Below, one piece after another: positions 52,304-64,000 of a stretch of DNA of 64,000 nucleotides. The position numbers and the translations under genes are program-made. The notes beneath the pieces are model-generated. The model made no database searches and had not been told where the DNA came from. It saw nothing but the letters and a program-made list of their open reading frames with translations. Origin of the DNA: Lama guanicoe (Eukaryota). The stretch's first letter is position 1. Every line of letters begins with the position of its first letter. Location of the stretch: the NCBI GenBank assembly GCA_013239625.1, contig MU053652.1, positions 8,207,027-8,271,026 on the forward strand. The letters are read 5' to 3'.

Positions 52304-55300
52304 ATTTTTTAAAATTTGCATTCTTTTTTTATTGAAGTATAGTCAGTTTACAATGTTGTGTCAATTTCTGGTGTACAGCATAATGTTTCACTCATACATA
52401 CATTCATTTCATATTCTTTTTCATTATAGGTTACTACAAGATATTGAATATAGGTCCCTGTGCTATACAGTAGAAACTTATTGTTTATCTATTTTATATA
52501 TAGTAGTTAGTATCTGCAAATCTCAAACTCCCAATTTATCCCTTCCGTTCCCATTTACCCCTTGGTAACCATAAGTTTGTTTTCAATGTTTGTGACTCTG
52601 TTTCTGTTTTGTAAATAAGTTCATTTGTATGTTTTCTTTTTTTTTTTTTTTAGATTCCACAGAGAAGCGATATCATACGGTGTTTTTCTTTCTCTTCCTG
52701 GCTTACTTCACTTAGAATGACGATCTCCAGGTCTATCCATGTTGCCACAAATGGCATTATTTTATTCTTTTTTAGACTGAGTAGTATTCCACTGTATATA
52801 TATATATACCACATCTTCTTTATCCATTCATCTGCTGATAGACATTTGGTTGTTTCCATGTCATGGCTATTGTCAATAGTGCTGCTGTGAACATTGGCAT
52901 GCAGGTGTCTTTTTTAATTATAGTTTTCTCTGGGTAAATGCCCAGGAGTGGGATTTCTGGATCATATGGTGTCTATTTTTAGCTTTTAAGGAACTTCCAT
53001 ACTGTGCTCCATAGTCCTCCATACTGTCCTCCAATTTACATTTCCATCAACATTGTGGGAGGGTTCCTTTTTCTACACACCCTCTCCAGCATTTAGTATT
53101 TGTAGACTTTTTAATGATGGCCATTCTGCTTGGTGTGGGGTGATACCTCATTGTAGTTTTTGATTTGCATTTCTCTAATAATTAGTGATGTTGAGCATCT
53201 TTTCATGTGCCTGTAGGCCATCTGGATGTCTTCTCTGGAGAGATATCTATTTAGGTCTTCTCCCCGTTTTTTGATTGAGTTGCTTATCTTTTTAGTATTA
53301 AGCTATAGGAGCTATTTGTATATTTTGGAAATTAGTCTCTTGTTGATTGCATTATTTGCAAATATTTTCTCCCATTCTGTAGGTTGTCTTTTTGTTTAGA
53401 TGATGGTATCCTTAGCTGTGCAGAAGATTTTAAGTTTAATTAGGGCCCATTTGTTTATTTTTGCTTTTATTTTCATAACTCTAGGAGTTGATTCAAAAAA
53501 AATATTGCTGTTATTTATGTCAAAGAATGTTCTGCCTGTGTTTTCCTCTAGGAGTTTTATAGTATCTGGTCTTACATATAGGTCTTTAATCCGTTTTGAG
53601 TTTGTTTCTGTATATGGTGTTAGAGAATGTTCAGATTTCATTCTTTTACATGTAGCTGTCCAATTTTCCCAGCACCACTTACTGAAGAGACTGTCTTTTC
53701 TCCATTGTATATTATTTCCTCTTTTGTCATAGATTAATTAACCATAAGTGTATGGGTTTATGGGTTTATTTCTGAATTTTTCTATCCTGTTCCATTGATC
53801 TGTGTCTGTTTTTCTGTGAGCACCACACTTTTTTGATTACTATAGCTTTGTAGTATAGTCTGAAGTCAGGGAGCATGATTCCCCCAGCTCTATTCTTTCT
53901 CAAGATTGTTTTGGCTATTTGGGTTTTTTTGTGTTACCATACAAATTTTAACATTTTTGGTTTGAGTTCTGTGAAAAATGTCATTGATAATTTGATAGGG
54001 ATTGCATTGAATCTGTATATTGCCTTGGGTAGTAGGGCCATTTTAACAATACTGTTTCTTCCAATCCAAGAACATGGCATATCTTTCTATCTGTTTGTGT
54101 CGACTTCAGTTTTTTCATCAGTGTCTTATAGTTTTCAGAATACAGATCTTTTGCCTCCTTAAGTAGGTTTATTCCTAGATATTTTATTCTTTTTGATGTG
54201 ATGGTACATAGGATTGTTTCCTTAATTTCTTTTTTTGCTATTTTGTTGTTAGTGTATAGAAATGCAGCTGATTCTGTATATTAGTTTTGCATCCTGCAAC
54301 TTTACCAAGTTCATTAATGAGCTCTAGTAGTGTTTGGTAGCATCTTTAGGATTTTCTGTGTATAGTATCATGTCATCTGCAAACAGTGACTGTTTTACTT
54401 CTTCTTTTACAGTTTTGATTCCTTTTCTTTCTTTTTCTTCTCTGCCCAGTGTGGATAGGACTTCCAATTCTATGTTCAATAAAAGTGGTAAGAGTGGGAA
54501 TCCTTGTCTTGATCCTGATCCTAGAGGAAATCTTTCAGCTTTTCACCACTGAGTATGATGTTAGCTGAGTATGATGTTTGTCATATATGGCTTTTATTAT
54601 ATAAAGGTATGTTCCTCCTTTGCCCATTTTCTAGAGAGTTTTTTAAATCATTAATGGATGTTGCATTTTATCAAAAGCTTTTTCTTCATCTACTGAGTTG
54701 ATCATATGGTTTTTATTCTAGTTTGTTAATGTCGTATATCATATTGATTGATCTGCAGATATTGAAAAATCCTTGCATCACTGGGATAAATATCACTTGA
54801 TCAAGGTGTATGATCCTTTTAATGCATTGTTGGAGTCAATTTGCCAGTATTTTGTTGAGGATTTTTGCATCTATATTTACAAGAGATGTTGGCCTATCAT
54901 TTTCTTTTTTGTGTGTGTGATTTCTTTGTCTGATTTTGATAGAATGATGGTGGCCTCATAGAATGAGTTCAGAAGTGTTCCTTCTGCGATTTTTTGAAAT
55001 AGTTTCAGAAGAATAGGTGTTAACTCTTCTCTAAATGTTTGGTAGAATTCACCTGTGAAGCCCTCTGGCCCTGGACTTTTGTCTGTTGGGAGTTTTTAAA
55101 TTACTGATTCCATTTCAGTACTGGCAATAGGTCTGTTCATATTTTCTATTTCTTCCTGGTTCAGTTTTCGCAAATCGTACCTTTCTAAGAAACTGTCCAT
55201 TTTTTCTAGGTTGTCCCTTTTGTTGGTGGTATATAGTTGCTCATAGTAGCTTCTTTTGATTCCTTATATTTCTGTGGTGTCAGTTGTAACTTCTACTTTT

Positions 55301-58300
55301 TTGTTTCTAATTTTATTAATTTGGGCCCACTACCTTTTTTTCTTGATGAGTCTGACTAAAGGTTTATGAATTTTGTTTAGTGTTTCAAAGAACCAGCTTT
55401 TAGTTTCATTGATCTTTTCTATTTTTTTTAGTCTCTATTCATTTCTGCACTAATCTTTATAATTTCTTTCCTTCTACTAACTTTGGGGTTTGTTTGTTCT
55501 TCTTGCTCTAGTTGTTTCAGGTGTAATGTTAGGTTGTTTATTTGAAATTTTTCTTGCTTCCTGAGGTTAGCTTGTGTCACTATAAACTTCCCTCTTAGAA
55601 CTGCTTTTGCTGTGTTCCAGAGGTTTTGGATCATCATGTTTTTATTTTCATTTGTCTCTAAGTATTTTTGGATTTCCTCTTTGATCTCTTCAGTGATCCA
55701 TTGGTTGTTTAGTAGCATATTGTTTAGCCTCCACGTGTTTGCAGTTTTTGCAGCTTTTTCTTATAGTTGATTTCTAATTTTATAGCGTTGTGGTTGGAAA
55801 AGATGCTTGATATGATTTCAGTTTTCTTAAATTTACCAGTGCTTGCTTTTTGGGCCAGCATATGATCTATTCTGGAGAATGTTCCATGTGCACTTGAGAA
55901 GAATGTGTATTCTGCTGCTTTCAGATGGGATGCCCTATAAATACCAGTTAAGTCCATCTGGTCTAATGCATCATTTAAGGCTTGCATTTCCTTTCCTGGT
56001 TGATTTTCTGTCTGGATGATCTATTGATGTAAGTGGGGTGTTAAGGTCCCCTACTATTGTTGTGTTATTGCCAATTTCTCCTTTTATGCCTGTTAACAGT
56101 TGCTTTATATAGTGAGTTGCTCTTGTGTGGGGTGCATATATATTTACAATTGTTACATCCTCTTCTTGGATTGATCCTTTGAGCATTATGTAGTGTACTT
56201 CTTTGTCTCTTGTAACAGTATTTTAAAGTCTATTTTGTCTGATATAAGTATTGCTGCTCCAGCTTTCTTTTGGTTTCCATGCATGGAATATCTCATTTCA
56301 TCTCCTCACTTTCAGCCTTTTTGTGTCCTTAGATCTGAAGTGGGTCTCTTGTAGACAGCATATATACAGGTCTTGTTTTTGTATCCATTCAGCCAGTCTT
56401 TGACTTTTGCTTGGAGCATTTGATCCATTTACATTTAAGGTAATAATCAATACATATGTTCTTATTGTCATTTTGTTAATTGTTTTGGATTTGTTTTTGT
56501 AGGTCTTTTTTTCCTTTTTGTTCTCTTCTTTTGTAGTTTGATGACTATATTGTTACATTTGGATTTCTCTTTCTTTTTTGTGTGTATATCTAGTATAGAT
56601 TTTTGGTTTGCAGTTACCATGAGGTTTTGGTATAGGAAGTTTATATATATACATGATTGTTATAAGTTGCTGATCTCTTCATTTAAAATACATTTTAGAT
56701 ACCTTGCATTCATACCCTTCTCCCCTCACAGTCATTGGTTTTGATACCATATTTTACTTCTAATTGTTTTGTATACCTTTAACTGTTTATTGTGGATACA
56801 GATGATTTTATTACTTTTGTCTTTCAATTTCCCTATTAGTTTGTGTGTGCATAATTTCCAACTTTAATTGAATGTTTACCTTTATTGGTGAGATTTCCCA
56901 TTTTGTAATTTTTTTGTTTCTAGTTGTGACTACTTCTCTTCTGCCTAGAGAAGTTACTTTACCATTTGTTGTAAAGCTGGTTTGGTGGTGCTGAATTCTT
57001 TAAGCTTTTACTGATTTGTGAAGCTTTTGATTTCTTCAAATCTGAAAGAGAGCCTTGTTGCGTAGAGTATTCTTGGTTGTAGATTTTTCCCTTTCATCAT
57101 TTAAGTATGCCATGCCACTCCCTTGTGGCCTGTAGAGTTTCTGCTGAAAAATCAGCTGATAACCTTATGAGAGTTCCTTTGTATGTTATTTTTTGCTTTT
57201 CTTTTGTTGATTTCAATATTTTTTCCTTATCTTTAATTTTTGTCACCCTGGGGGTGTAGGGCTCAATTATATCACAAGCATACCCCTTCTATTGTCCCAC
57301 TGTTGTTCCCTCTTTTTTTTTTAACTTTTTTTATTGAGTTATAGTCATTTTACAATGCTGTGTCAAATTCCAGTGTAGAGTACAATTTTTCAGTTATACA
57401 TGAACATACATATGATCTATTGATATATTCATTGTCACACTTTTTTTGCTGTGAGCTACTATAAGATCTTGTATATATTTCTCTGTGCTATACATTATAA
57501 TCTTGTTTATCTATTCTACATATGCCTGTCAGTATCTACAAATTATGAACTCCCAGTCTATCCCTTCCCACCCCCACCCCCTTGGCAACCACAAGTTTGT
57601 ATTCTATGTCTATGAGTCTGTTTCTGTTTTGAATTTATGTTCTTTTTTTTTTTTAGATTCCACATATGAGTGATCTCATATGGTATTTTTCTTTCTCTTT
57701 CTGGCTTACTTCACTTAGAATGACATTCTCCAGGAACATCCATGTTGCTGCAGATGGCATTATGTTGTAGGTTTTTATGGCTGAATAGTATTCCATTGTA
57801 TGAATATACCACATCTTCTTTATCCAGTCATCTGTTGATGAACATTTAGGCTGTTTCCATGTCTTGGCTATTGTAAATAATACTGCTATGAACATTGGGA
57901 TGCAGGTGTCTTTTTGAAGTAGACTTCCTTTTGGATATATGCCCAGGAGCGGGATTCCTGGGTCATATGGTAAGTCTATTCCTAGTCTTTTGAGGAATCT
58001 CCACACTGTTTTCCACAGTGGCTGCACCAAACTGCATTCCCACCAGCAGTGTTGGAGAGTTCCCTTTTCTCCACAGCCTCTCCAGCATTTTTCATTTGTG
58101 GACTTTTGAATGATGGCCATTCTGAGCGGTGTGAGGTGATAGATACCTCATTGTAGTTTTGGTTTGCATTTCTCTGATAATTAGTGATATTGAGCATTTT
58201 TTCATGTAGCCTACTGATGCATTTCTTCCTTGGAGAATTGCTTGTTTAGGTCTTCTGCCCATTTTTGGATTGGGTTGTTTATTTTTTTCTTATTGAGTCG

Positions 58301-58597
58301 TACGAGCTGCTTATATATTCTGGAGATCAAGCCTTTGTCGGTTTCACTTGCAAAAATTTTCTCCCATTCCGTAGGTTTTTGTTTTGTTTTCCTTACGGTT
58401 TCCTTTTCTGTGCAGAAGCTTGTAAGTTTAATTAGGACCCATGTTCCCTCTTTATGTTTCCAGTTGAATGAGATCTTTTTTGCTAGGTTCCAGTCCTTTT
58501 CCATTGATGACTGTTTAGCAGACAGTTGTGGTTTTGTTATGATCATGAGAGATTGTGAGCTCATGGTCCTATTACTCTGCCATCTTGACTGGAAATC
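52304..58597 (-). mobile_element. 5'-intact L1 with a 5'UTR-to-ORF1 internal deletion, full-length decayed ORF2 (about 56471-52650) and a nested younger L1
   Basis: Perfect 15-bp TSD agaacatagtgatat at 52289-52303 and 58598-58612; 5' end 'gatttccagtcaagatggcagag'; ORF2 fragments in the ORF track (55971-56186, 55724-55987, 55428-55718, 53396-53641, 52650-52859); ORF1 stop at 56945-56947. Confidence 0.95.
57316..58441 (-). mobile_element. Younger 5'-truncated L1 inserted in the 5' UTR of the older L1
   Basis: 12-bp TSD tgttccctcttt at 57304-57315 and 58442-58453; 155-aa open ORF2 C-terminus at 57653-58120 ([18 protein letters not shown]...LICGI). Confidence 0.95.
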
Positions 58598-59344
58598 AGA
58601 ACATAGTGATATTAACCAAGCACTGAGCATGAGTCTGTAAGCTCAGAAAGCCTTTCAGGAAAAGAGGATGCACTGCATCAGCTCTGCTCCTTCTAAGCTC
58701 TTCTTCCACTCCTTCAACAGCCTGTGGTCACACTGCAAATATAAGAACTATATTTTTTTCCCCTTGATCTATCATATTTCTTCTGCTCTTCTATCTAAGT
58801 GTTCCTTCTCTGACATTTTTGTTTCAGACTTGAATATCCACCCATCTCTCCCATCCCCTAAGTGGGTCAAGGACAATCATAATCTCTTTTAGATTCCTTC
58901 CTTAAAACTAAATTAATATTTGATCTCATTTTTCTACTGTCTAGTATTAGCCATAAGCAGCTTTTCCCAGAATCTTTTCACTATATCAAGGATTCATGAA
59001 GGAGAAGAGACTAGAGCAGAGATGAAAAGTACAGAAAGGAAGGAGTATTCACAGAAGGAGAAATAAAAGTTTGCAACAACCCAATATTCCCCTCCTCCAA
59101 AGTCTCTCAAGAAGTGATGTCTCCCTATTGATTTTCCAAGCAAACAGTCTAGTTGAAACCTGCCAAAGAGGCCATCTCAGAGACCTGTATGCATTGCTTG
59201 GAAATTCACTTTCAAACACATAGAATCATTTATTTCTGTAGGATCTAGAGCTGTAGAAATGCATATATAGCATGTAGTGGGAAAACTGTATATTTCAGTT
59301 TTTTGTATATATCGGAAGCATTTATTGATTATGACAAACCTAGT

Positions 59345-59430
59345 GTTCAACAAATATTTGTTGAGTATTTATGACAAGCCAGGCACTGTATTAGGTGTTA
59401 GTAATAAAGCAATGAATAAAACAAATTCAG
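59345..59430 (-). mobile_element. L2 3' terminus
   Basis: 'ttcaacaaatatttgttgagtatttatgacaagccaggcactgtattagg'. Confidence 0.75.
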
Positions 59431-59672
59431 CTTAGAATGTAGGTTAATTGTTTATACTTTCATTGCAGATGTTTTTCTAGTTTCCTTAAAGTACTTAGTG
59501 GCAATCAAATAAAACATACTACAAGTGTATTTGAATATAATGCTTTTCTTTCTCAACAGTTATTATTTCCTTAATTACCTCCATGTGATAACTGTGATAT
59601 ATAAACAGCACTTGAAACAATGTCTGAACATGGAATCAGTCAATAAAACTTAGTTATGAGGAAGAGAAAGAA

Positions 59673-60284
59673 TGTTACTGAGTCCAAGCTCATACTGCTT
59701 GCCTTACAATAGGCCAATAAATTGAGAGACAAGGTTTTGGGACAAGGAATAGTGACTTTATTCAGAAAGCCAGCAGACCAAGAAGATGGTAGACTAGTGT
59801 CCCAAAGAACCACCTTCTTTTCAATACTATTAAGTGTACCATATTTTCTTATGTCAGACATTCTGTTAGAAAACATAAAAAATATCTTGTACCAAGGAGA
59901 TCACCTTGACAATGATTCAGACTTATTTTATACTAAAAAGAGGGGGGCATAGGGGGTTGTTGCAGACTTTTTGATGTCAGAATCCTTTGTTCTTGCATCT
60001 GTCCATGTAGGTCTGGTCACAGTGTTCATACAAACCTCAAACAAGATAAATGTTATTTTCTATTCTGCAATTTTTTATCTCTGTATGAAATGATAAAGTA
60101 TCATACCTTTAAAGGTCAGGCCTGGGAGGCAGAGCCTTGAGAATGTGTTATCGTGTATATTTCAGACTATATAGGCAACTTTCTTTTACAAAGATGCAGA
60201 GTCATCATGGCCTAAGCACAGGCAACAGAGTGCAAAGGCTAGATCTAATCTAATATGGAGTCAGGTTTGTTCTTCTTTGTTTCA
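59673..60284 (-). mobile_element. ERV1-class solo LTR (cetartiodactyl type)
   Basis: TG...CA termini; antisense AATAAA ('actttatt'), TATA ('ttttatac') and 'aatatggagtca' near the U3 start. Confidence 0.75.
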
Positions 60285-60359
60285 AGAGGAAGATGAAGGT
60301 GTCAGAAAACTGTAATTATTACTAGATTTGAAAATAAGACTGTATCCTAAGACACGTGG

Positions 60360-60580
60360 AGGTGCAGTAAGTTCAAGAGGAACTACCAAGAGATCTGGAT
60401 GTAGGTTCAAATTTTTGCCATTTTCCCTTGAGCAAATTAGTCTCTCTAGGATCCATGTGCTCATTTATAAGATGGGAAAATAAAACCACGTCTTCTGATG
60501 TCACTGGAGGCTACATGAATCAAATAATACAGCATAAGTGATAACAATTTTGTGAGTTGTAAAAGTACTATTAAATATAA
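60360..60580 (+). mobile_element. MIR SINE, degraded
   Basis: 'gtgcagtaagtt...taggttcaaatt...ccttgagcaaatt...ctcatttataagatggg'. Confidence 0.6.
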
Positions 60581-60989
60581 TGGGTAGTAAGACATATTAA
60601 AAATAAGTCAAAGTATTTATCAATAGATCTTCTTCTCCAAATGTCACTAATATTTTATTAAGAAATTCACCACACCTAATGGCCCATCTTCATTATTAGA
60701 TGGAATATGTGAGATCTAGTTTTATTTTTCAGAATACCAAAAAAAAAAATGTCTGAGACAGACATAAATTTCTTTTATGGTAGAGAAGGATGCTTAGTTG
60801 TTTGGAAAATGGTCCATGCTGGTGAACCTGTGCCATCTCTGTCATTTTCATAGCAACAAGCTCTGATGTAATAAACAGAAGAATTTGATGAGAATAGCTT
60901 AGGGATACAGTAATGGGAATTTATAAAGTTACTAGCAAAGTTAAGAAAATTGTTTCCATGTAAACATTCTCTCTTCTACCTCTGTTCTT

Positions 60990-62405
60990 TTTTTTTTTAC
61001 ATTTTTTATTGATTCATAATCATTTTACAGTGTTGTGTCAAATTCCAGTGTTCAGCACAATTTTTCAGTCATTCATGGACATATACACACTCATTGTCAC
61101 ATTTTTTTTCTCTGTGATTTATCATAACATTTTGTGTATATTTCCCTGTGCTATACAGTGTAATCTTGTTTATCTATTCTACAATTTTGAAATCCCAGTC
61201 TATCTCTTCCCACCCTCTACCCCTCCCCCCTCGGTAACCACAAGTCTGTATTCTCTGCCATGAGTCTATTTCTGTCCTGTATTTATGCTTTGTTTTTGTT
61301 TGTTTTTGTTTTTTAGATTCCACATATGAGCGATCTCATATGGTATTTTTCTTTCTCTTTCTGGCTTACTTCACTTAGAATGACATTCTCTAGGAGNNNN
61401 NNNNNNNNNNNNNNNNNNNNNNNNNNNNNNNNNNNNNNNNNNNNNNNNNNNNNNNNNNNNNNNNNNNNNNNNNNNNNNNNNNNNNNNNNNNNNNNNNNNN
61501 NNNNNNNNNNNNNNNNNNNNNNNNNNNNNNNNNNNNNNNNNNNNNNNNNNNNNNNNNNNNNNNNNNNNNNNNNNNNNNNNNNNNNNNNNNNNNNNNNNNN
61601 NNNNNNNNNNNNNNNNNNNNNNNNNNNNNNNNNNNNNNNNNNNNNNNNNNNNNNNNNNNNNNNNNNNNNNNNNNNNNNNNNNNNNNNNNNNNNNNNNNNN
61701 NNNNNNNNNNNNNNNNNNNNNNNNNNNNNNNNNNNNNNNNNNNNNNNNNNNNNNNNNNNNNNNNNNNNNNNNNNNNNNNNNNNNNNNNNNNNNNNNNNNN
61801 NNNNNNNNNNNNNNNNNNNNNNNNNNNNNNNNNNNNNNNNNNNNNNNNNNNNNNNNNNNNNNNNNNNNNNNNNNNNNNNNNNNNNNNNNNNNNNNNNNNN
61901 NNNNNNNNNNNNNNNNNNNNNNNNNNNNNNNNNNNNNNNNNNNNNNNNNNNNNNNNNNNNNNNNNNNNNNNNNNNNNNNNNNNNNNNNNNNNNNNNNNNN
62001 NNNNNNNNNNNNNNNNNNNNNNNNNNNNNNNNNNNNNNNNNNNNNNNNNNNNNNNNNNNNNNNNNNNNNNNNNNNNNNNNNNNNNNNNNNNNNNNNNNNN
62101 NNNNNNNNNNNNNNNNNNNNNNNNNNNNNNNNNNNNNNNNNNNNNNNNNNNNNNNNNNNNNNNNNNNNNNNNNNNNNNNNNNNNNNNNNNNNNNNNNNNN
62201 NNNNNNNNNNNNNNNNNNNNNNNNNNNNNNNNNNNNNNNNNNNNNNNNNNNNNNNNNNNNNNNNNNNNNNNNNNNNTGTAGCTCTATAGTATTGTCTGAA
62301 GTCTGGGAGAGTTATTCCTCCAGCCTCTTTCTTTCTCTTCAGTAATGCTTTAGCAATTCTAGGTCTTTGATGGTTCCATATAAATTTTATTATGATTTGT
62401 TCTAG
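60990..62405 (-). mobile_element. Young 5'-truncated L1 spanning the assembly gap
   Basis: Perfect 16-bp TSD ttctacctctgttctt at 60974-60989 and 62406-62421; TCTT/AA endonuclease site. Confidence 0.92.
61397..62276. other. Assembly gap (880 N)
   Basis: Run of N. Confidence 1.
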
Positions 62406-62785
62406 TTCTACCTCTGTTCTTAATGTGAAGTTTCTCTTCGAAAGTTATTTGTTACCATGGCTTTTAAATTTTAAATACCACTAATTTTTTTTCTCTCTTT
62501 TAAAAAGTTGGTTTTTGCAGAGTGGAGCACTTTTAGGACGACAAAATACAGAAGGCTTATAATTTCTGACTTACTTAAGGGGACTTGTGGTCTCTAGTGC
62601 AAGATAATATTTTTAGGTCCCAGCTGTGGTTCTAAGAGTAGTACAGTCAGGGACAGATCTCACTACTTTTGATTCTGTGGCCCCACCAAGGTAGGGTATT
62701 GAGGAATTAGATGGACTGCTAATCAGATTGTGATGTAAGTCCTTATATTCAGTATTTATTGATTCAGTATTTATTGATTTAAAAT

Positions 62786-62970
62786 TAATAATAATAATAA
62801 TAATAATAAATAATAGTAAACATTTATATAGCACTCACAACTAGCAGATAGTATTCTAGGAGATGTATGTGTGTTTTTATTGTAACACTTTGTGAAATCC
62901 ATACTCATATTATCCCCAATTTATAAGAAACAGAGAGTTTCAATAACTTGCCTCAAATCACATAGCTGGT
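62786..62970 (-). mobile_element. (TAA)n run plus antisense MIR
   Basis: 'aacatttatatagcactcac...attatccccaatttataagaaacagagag...aacttgcctcaaatcacatagct'. Confidence 0.7.
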
Positions 62971-63229
62971 AATATAAACTGTGCTGTTTGTTTTCTCTGG
63001 CCAATGGCAATTTATTGGTTTTGTATCTAGAGGATCACCATCTGAGAATTATGATTACTGTAGTGATATGATATCCCATTTCTACCAGAGATGATGAAAC
63101 TTTTAATACTTAAGTAGGCACAGAGAAAAAGAAATGAGAATTGTTTTTCCTGAATAGGCACAAGGAGAAAGGGAATTCAGTATCTTTTGATTCAAAACAA
63201 ATCTCTCTACTGCACTTTGTAGTAGTATT

Positions 63230-63380
63230 GATAGCTACCATTTACAAAGCATCTTCTACGTGCTAGGGAACATAATGCACTGTATATGTATATATTTCTC
63301 ACTTAATTCTCACAATAGATCTTTCTGTAGTTTCTATTTTCATTTTATAGATGAGGAAATGCGGACAAAAGGACTTTGAG
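63230..63380 (-). mobile_element. MIR SINE
   Basis: 'atagctaccattta...cttaattctcacaa...cattttatagatgaggaaa'. Confidence 0.75.
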
Positions 63381-63757
63381 TGAGTGATGGAATGATGAAA
63401 CTGATCAATAATTCTTTATGCTTTCAATTGGGACACAGAAATTTTAAGTAAGTTCATAATGGTGAATGGTCCAGGGTTTAAATCATAAGACTGTTCAGTT
63501 CCAAAACCAAGAAAGTGATCAAAAGGAATTGATGAAATTGACTTGCACAAATGCACGGGTGTTTCTGCAAAATATTTTATCAAAGTAAATAAGGTAGGTG
63601 GTGTTGAAAATTTATGCTACATGATGTTTTTCTTGCTTCTGGTAGATGCCCTGAGATGATAATTATCTCATTCCTTGTGTATTTTGCTATATTAAAGTCT
63701 CAAAGTTTACAAAAAATGTGGTAAATATGCCCATGTTTTATTTCGCTTTTGTTTGTT

Positions 63758-63900
63758 TATTCAAAAAAACTTTATTTAAACACCAACTCTGACCATATGC
63801 CATCATGCCAAGTAATAGAGATACAGAGATAAGTAAAATATCTTCTTGGCTTCAAATTGCTCATGATTGAGTGGGTGAGATGATAAGCAAGTAATGACAA
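63758..63900 (-). mobile_element. L2 3' end fragment
   Basis: 'tattcaaaaa...tatttaaacacc...agagatacagagataagtaaaata'. Confidence 0.5.
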
Positions 63901-64000
63901 ATGCACATGTAGGATGAAACTCTCATCTGGGGGCTTTTGGAGTGATCAGGGAAGCAATGTCAGGCAGCAGTGTCTAAGCAGAGGTTTGAAGGATGAATTG

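Noticed and set aside
53400..54961. Several hydrophobic plus-strand ORFs
   Set aside because: Antisense frames of A-rich L1 ORF2
58211..58640. Overlapping 139-aa and 136-aa ORFs on both strands
   Set aside because: Chance read-through across the junction between the old L1 5' UTR and the nested L1 ORF2; not a gene
61326..62345. 339-aa ORF
   Set aside because: Artefact of the N gap inside an antisense L1
62747..62779. 15-bp tandem duplication attcagtatttattg
   Set aside because: Ordinary slippage duplication; a similar small one lies near 25068-25098
1..64000. CRISPR arrays, operons or another novel multi-gene system
   Set aside because: The sequence is mammalian non-coding DNA with no repeat-spacer array and no long non-L1 ORFs

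Overview
Mammalian, AT-rich, CpG-poor, repeat-dense genomic DNA with one 880-N assembly gap. It is most likely camelid (alpaca or camel), based on a tRNA-derived Vic-1-type SINE and cetartiodactyl-type L1 ends. I find no supportable intact host protein-coding gene: the ORF track consists of L1 ORF1/ORF2 debris, antisense L1 ORFs and random ORFs. The one gene-derived object is a processed TOMM5 retrocopy on the minus strand (about 28112-28750), which the ORF track misses. Its 50-codon frame is still open, it starts with ACG after GCCACC, and the 73-bp end of its 3' UTR containing the poly(A) signal is tandemly duplicated. The rest is retrotransposon history: a 5'-intact, TSD-flanked L1 with an internal deletion and a nested younger L1, an L1 with a ~1.55-kb ORF2 deletion, a twin-primed (5'-inverted) L1, a candidate 3' transduction, solo LTRs, MIR/L2 and hAT relics. 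I do not see a supportable novel multi-gene system. Repeat family names come from recalled consensus sequences. Boundaries are approximate unless TSD coordinates are given.
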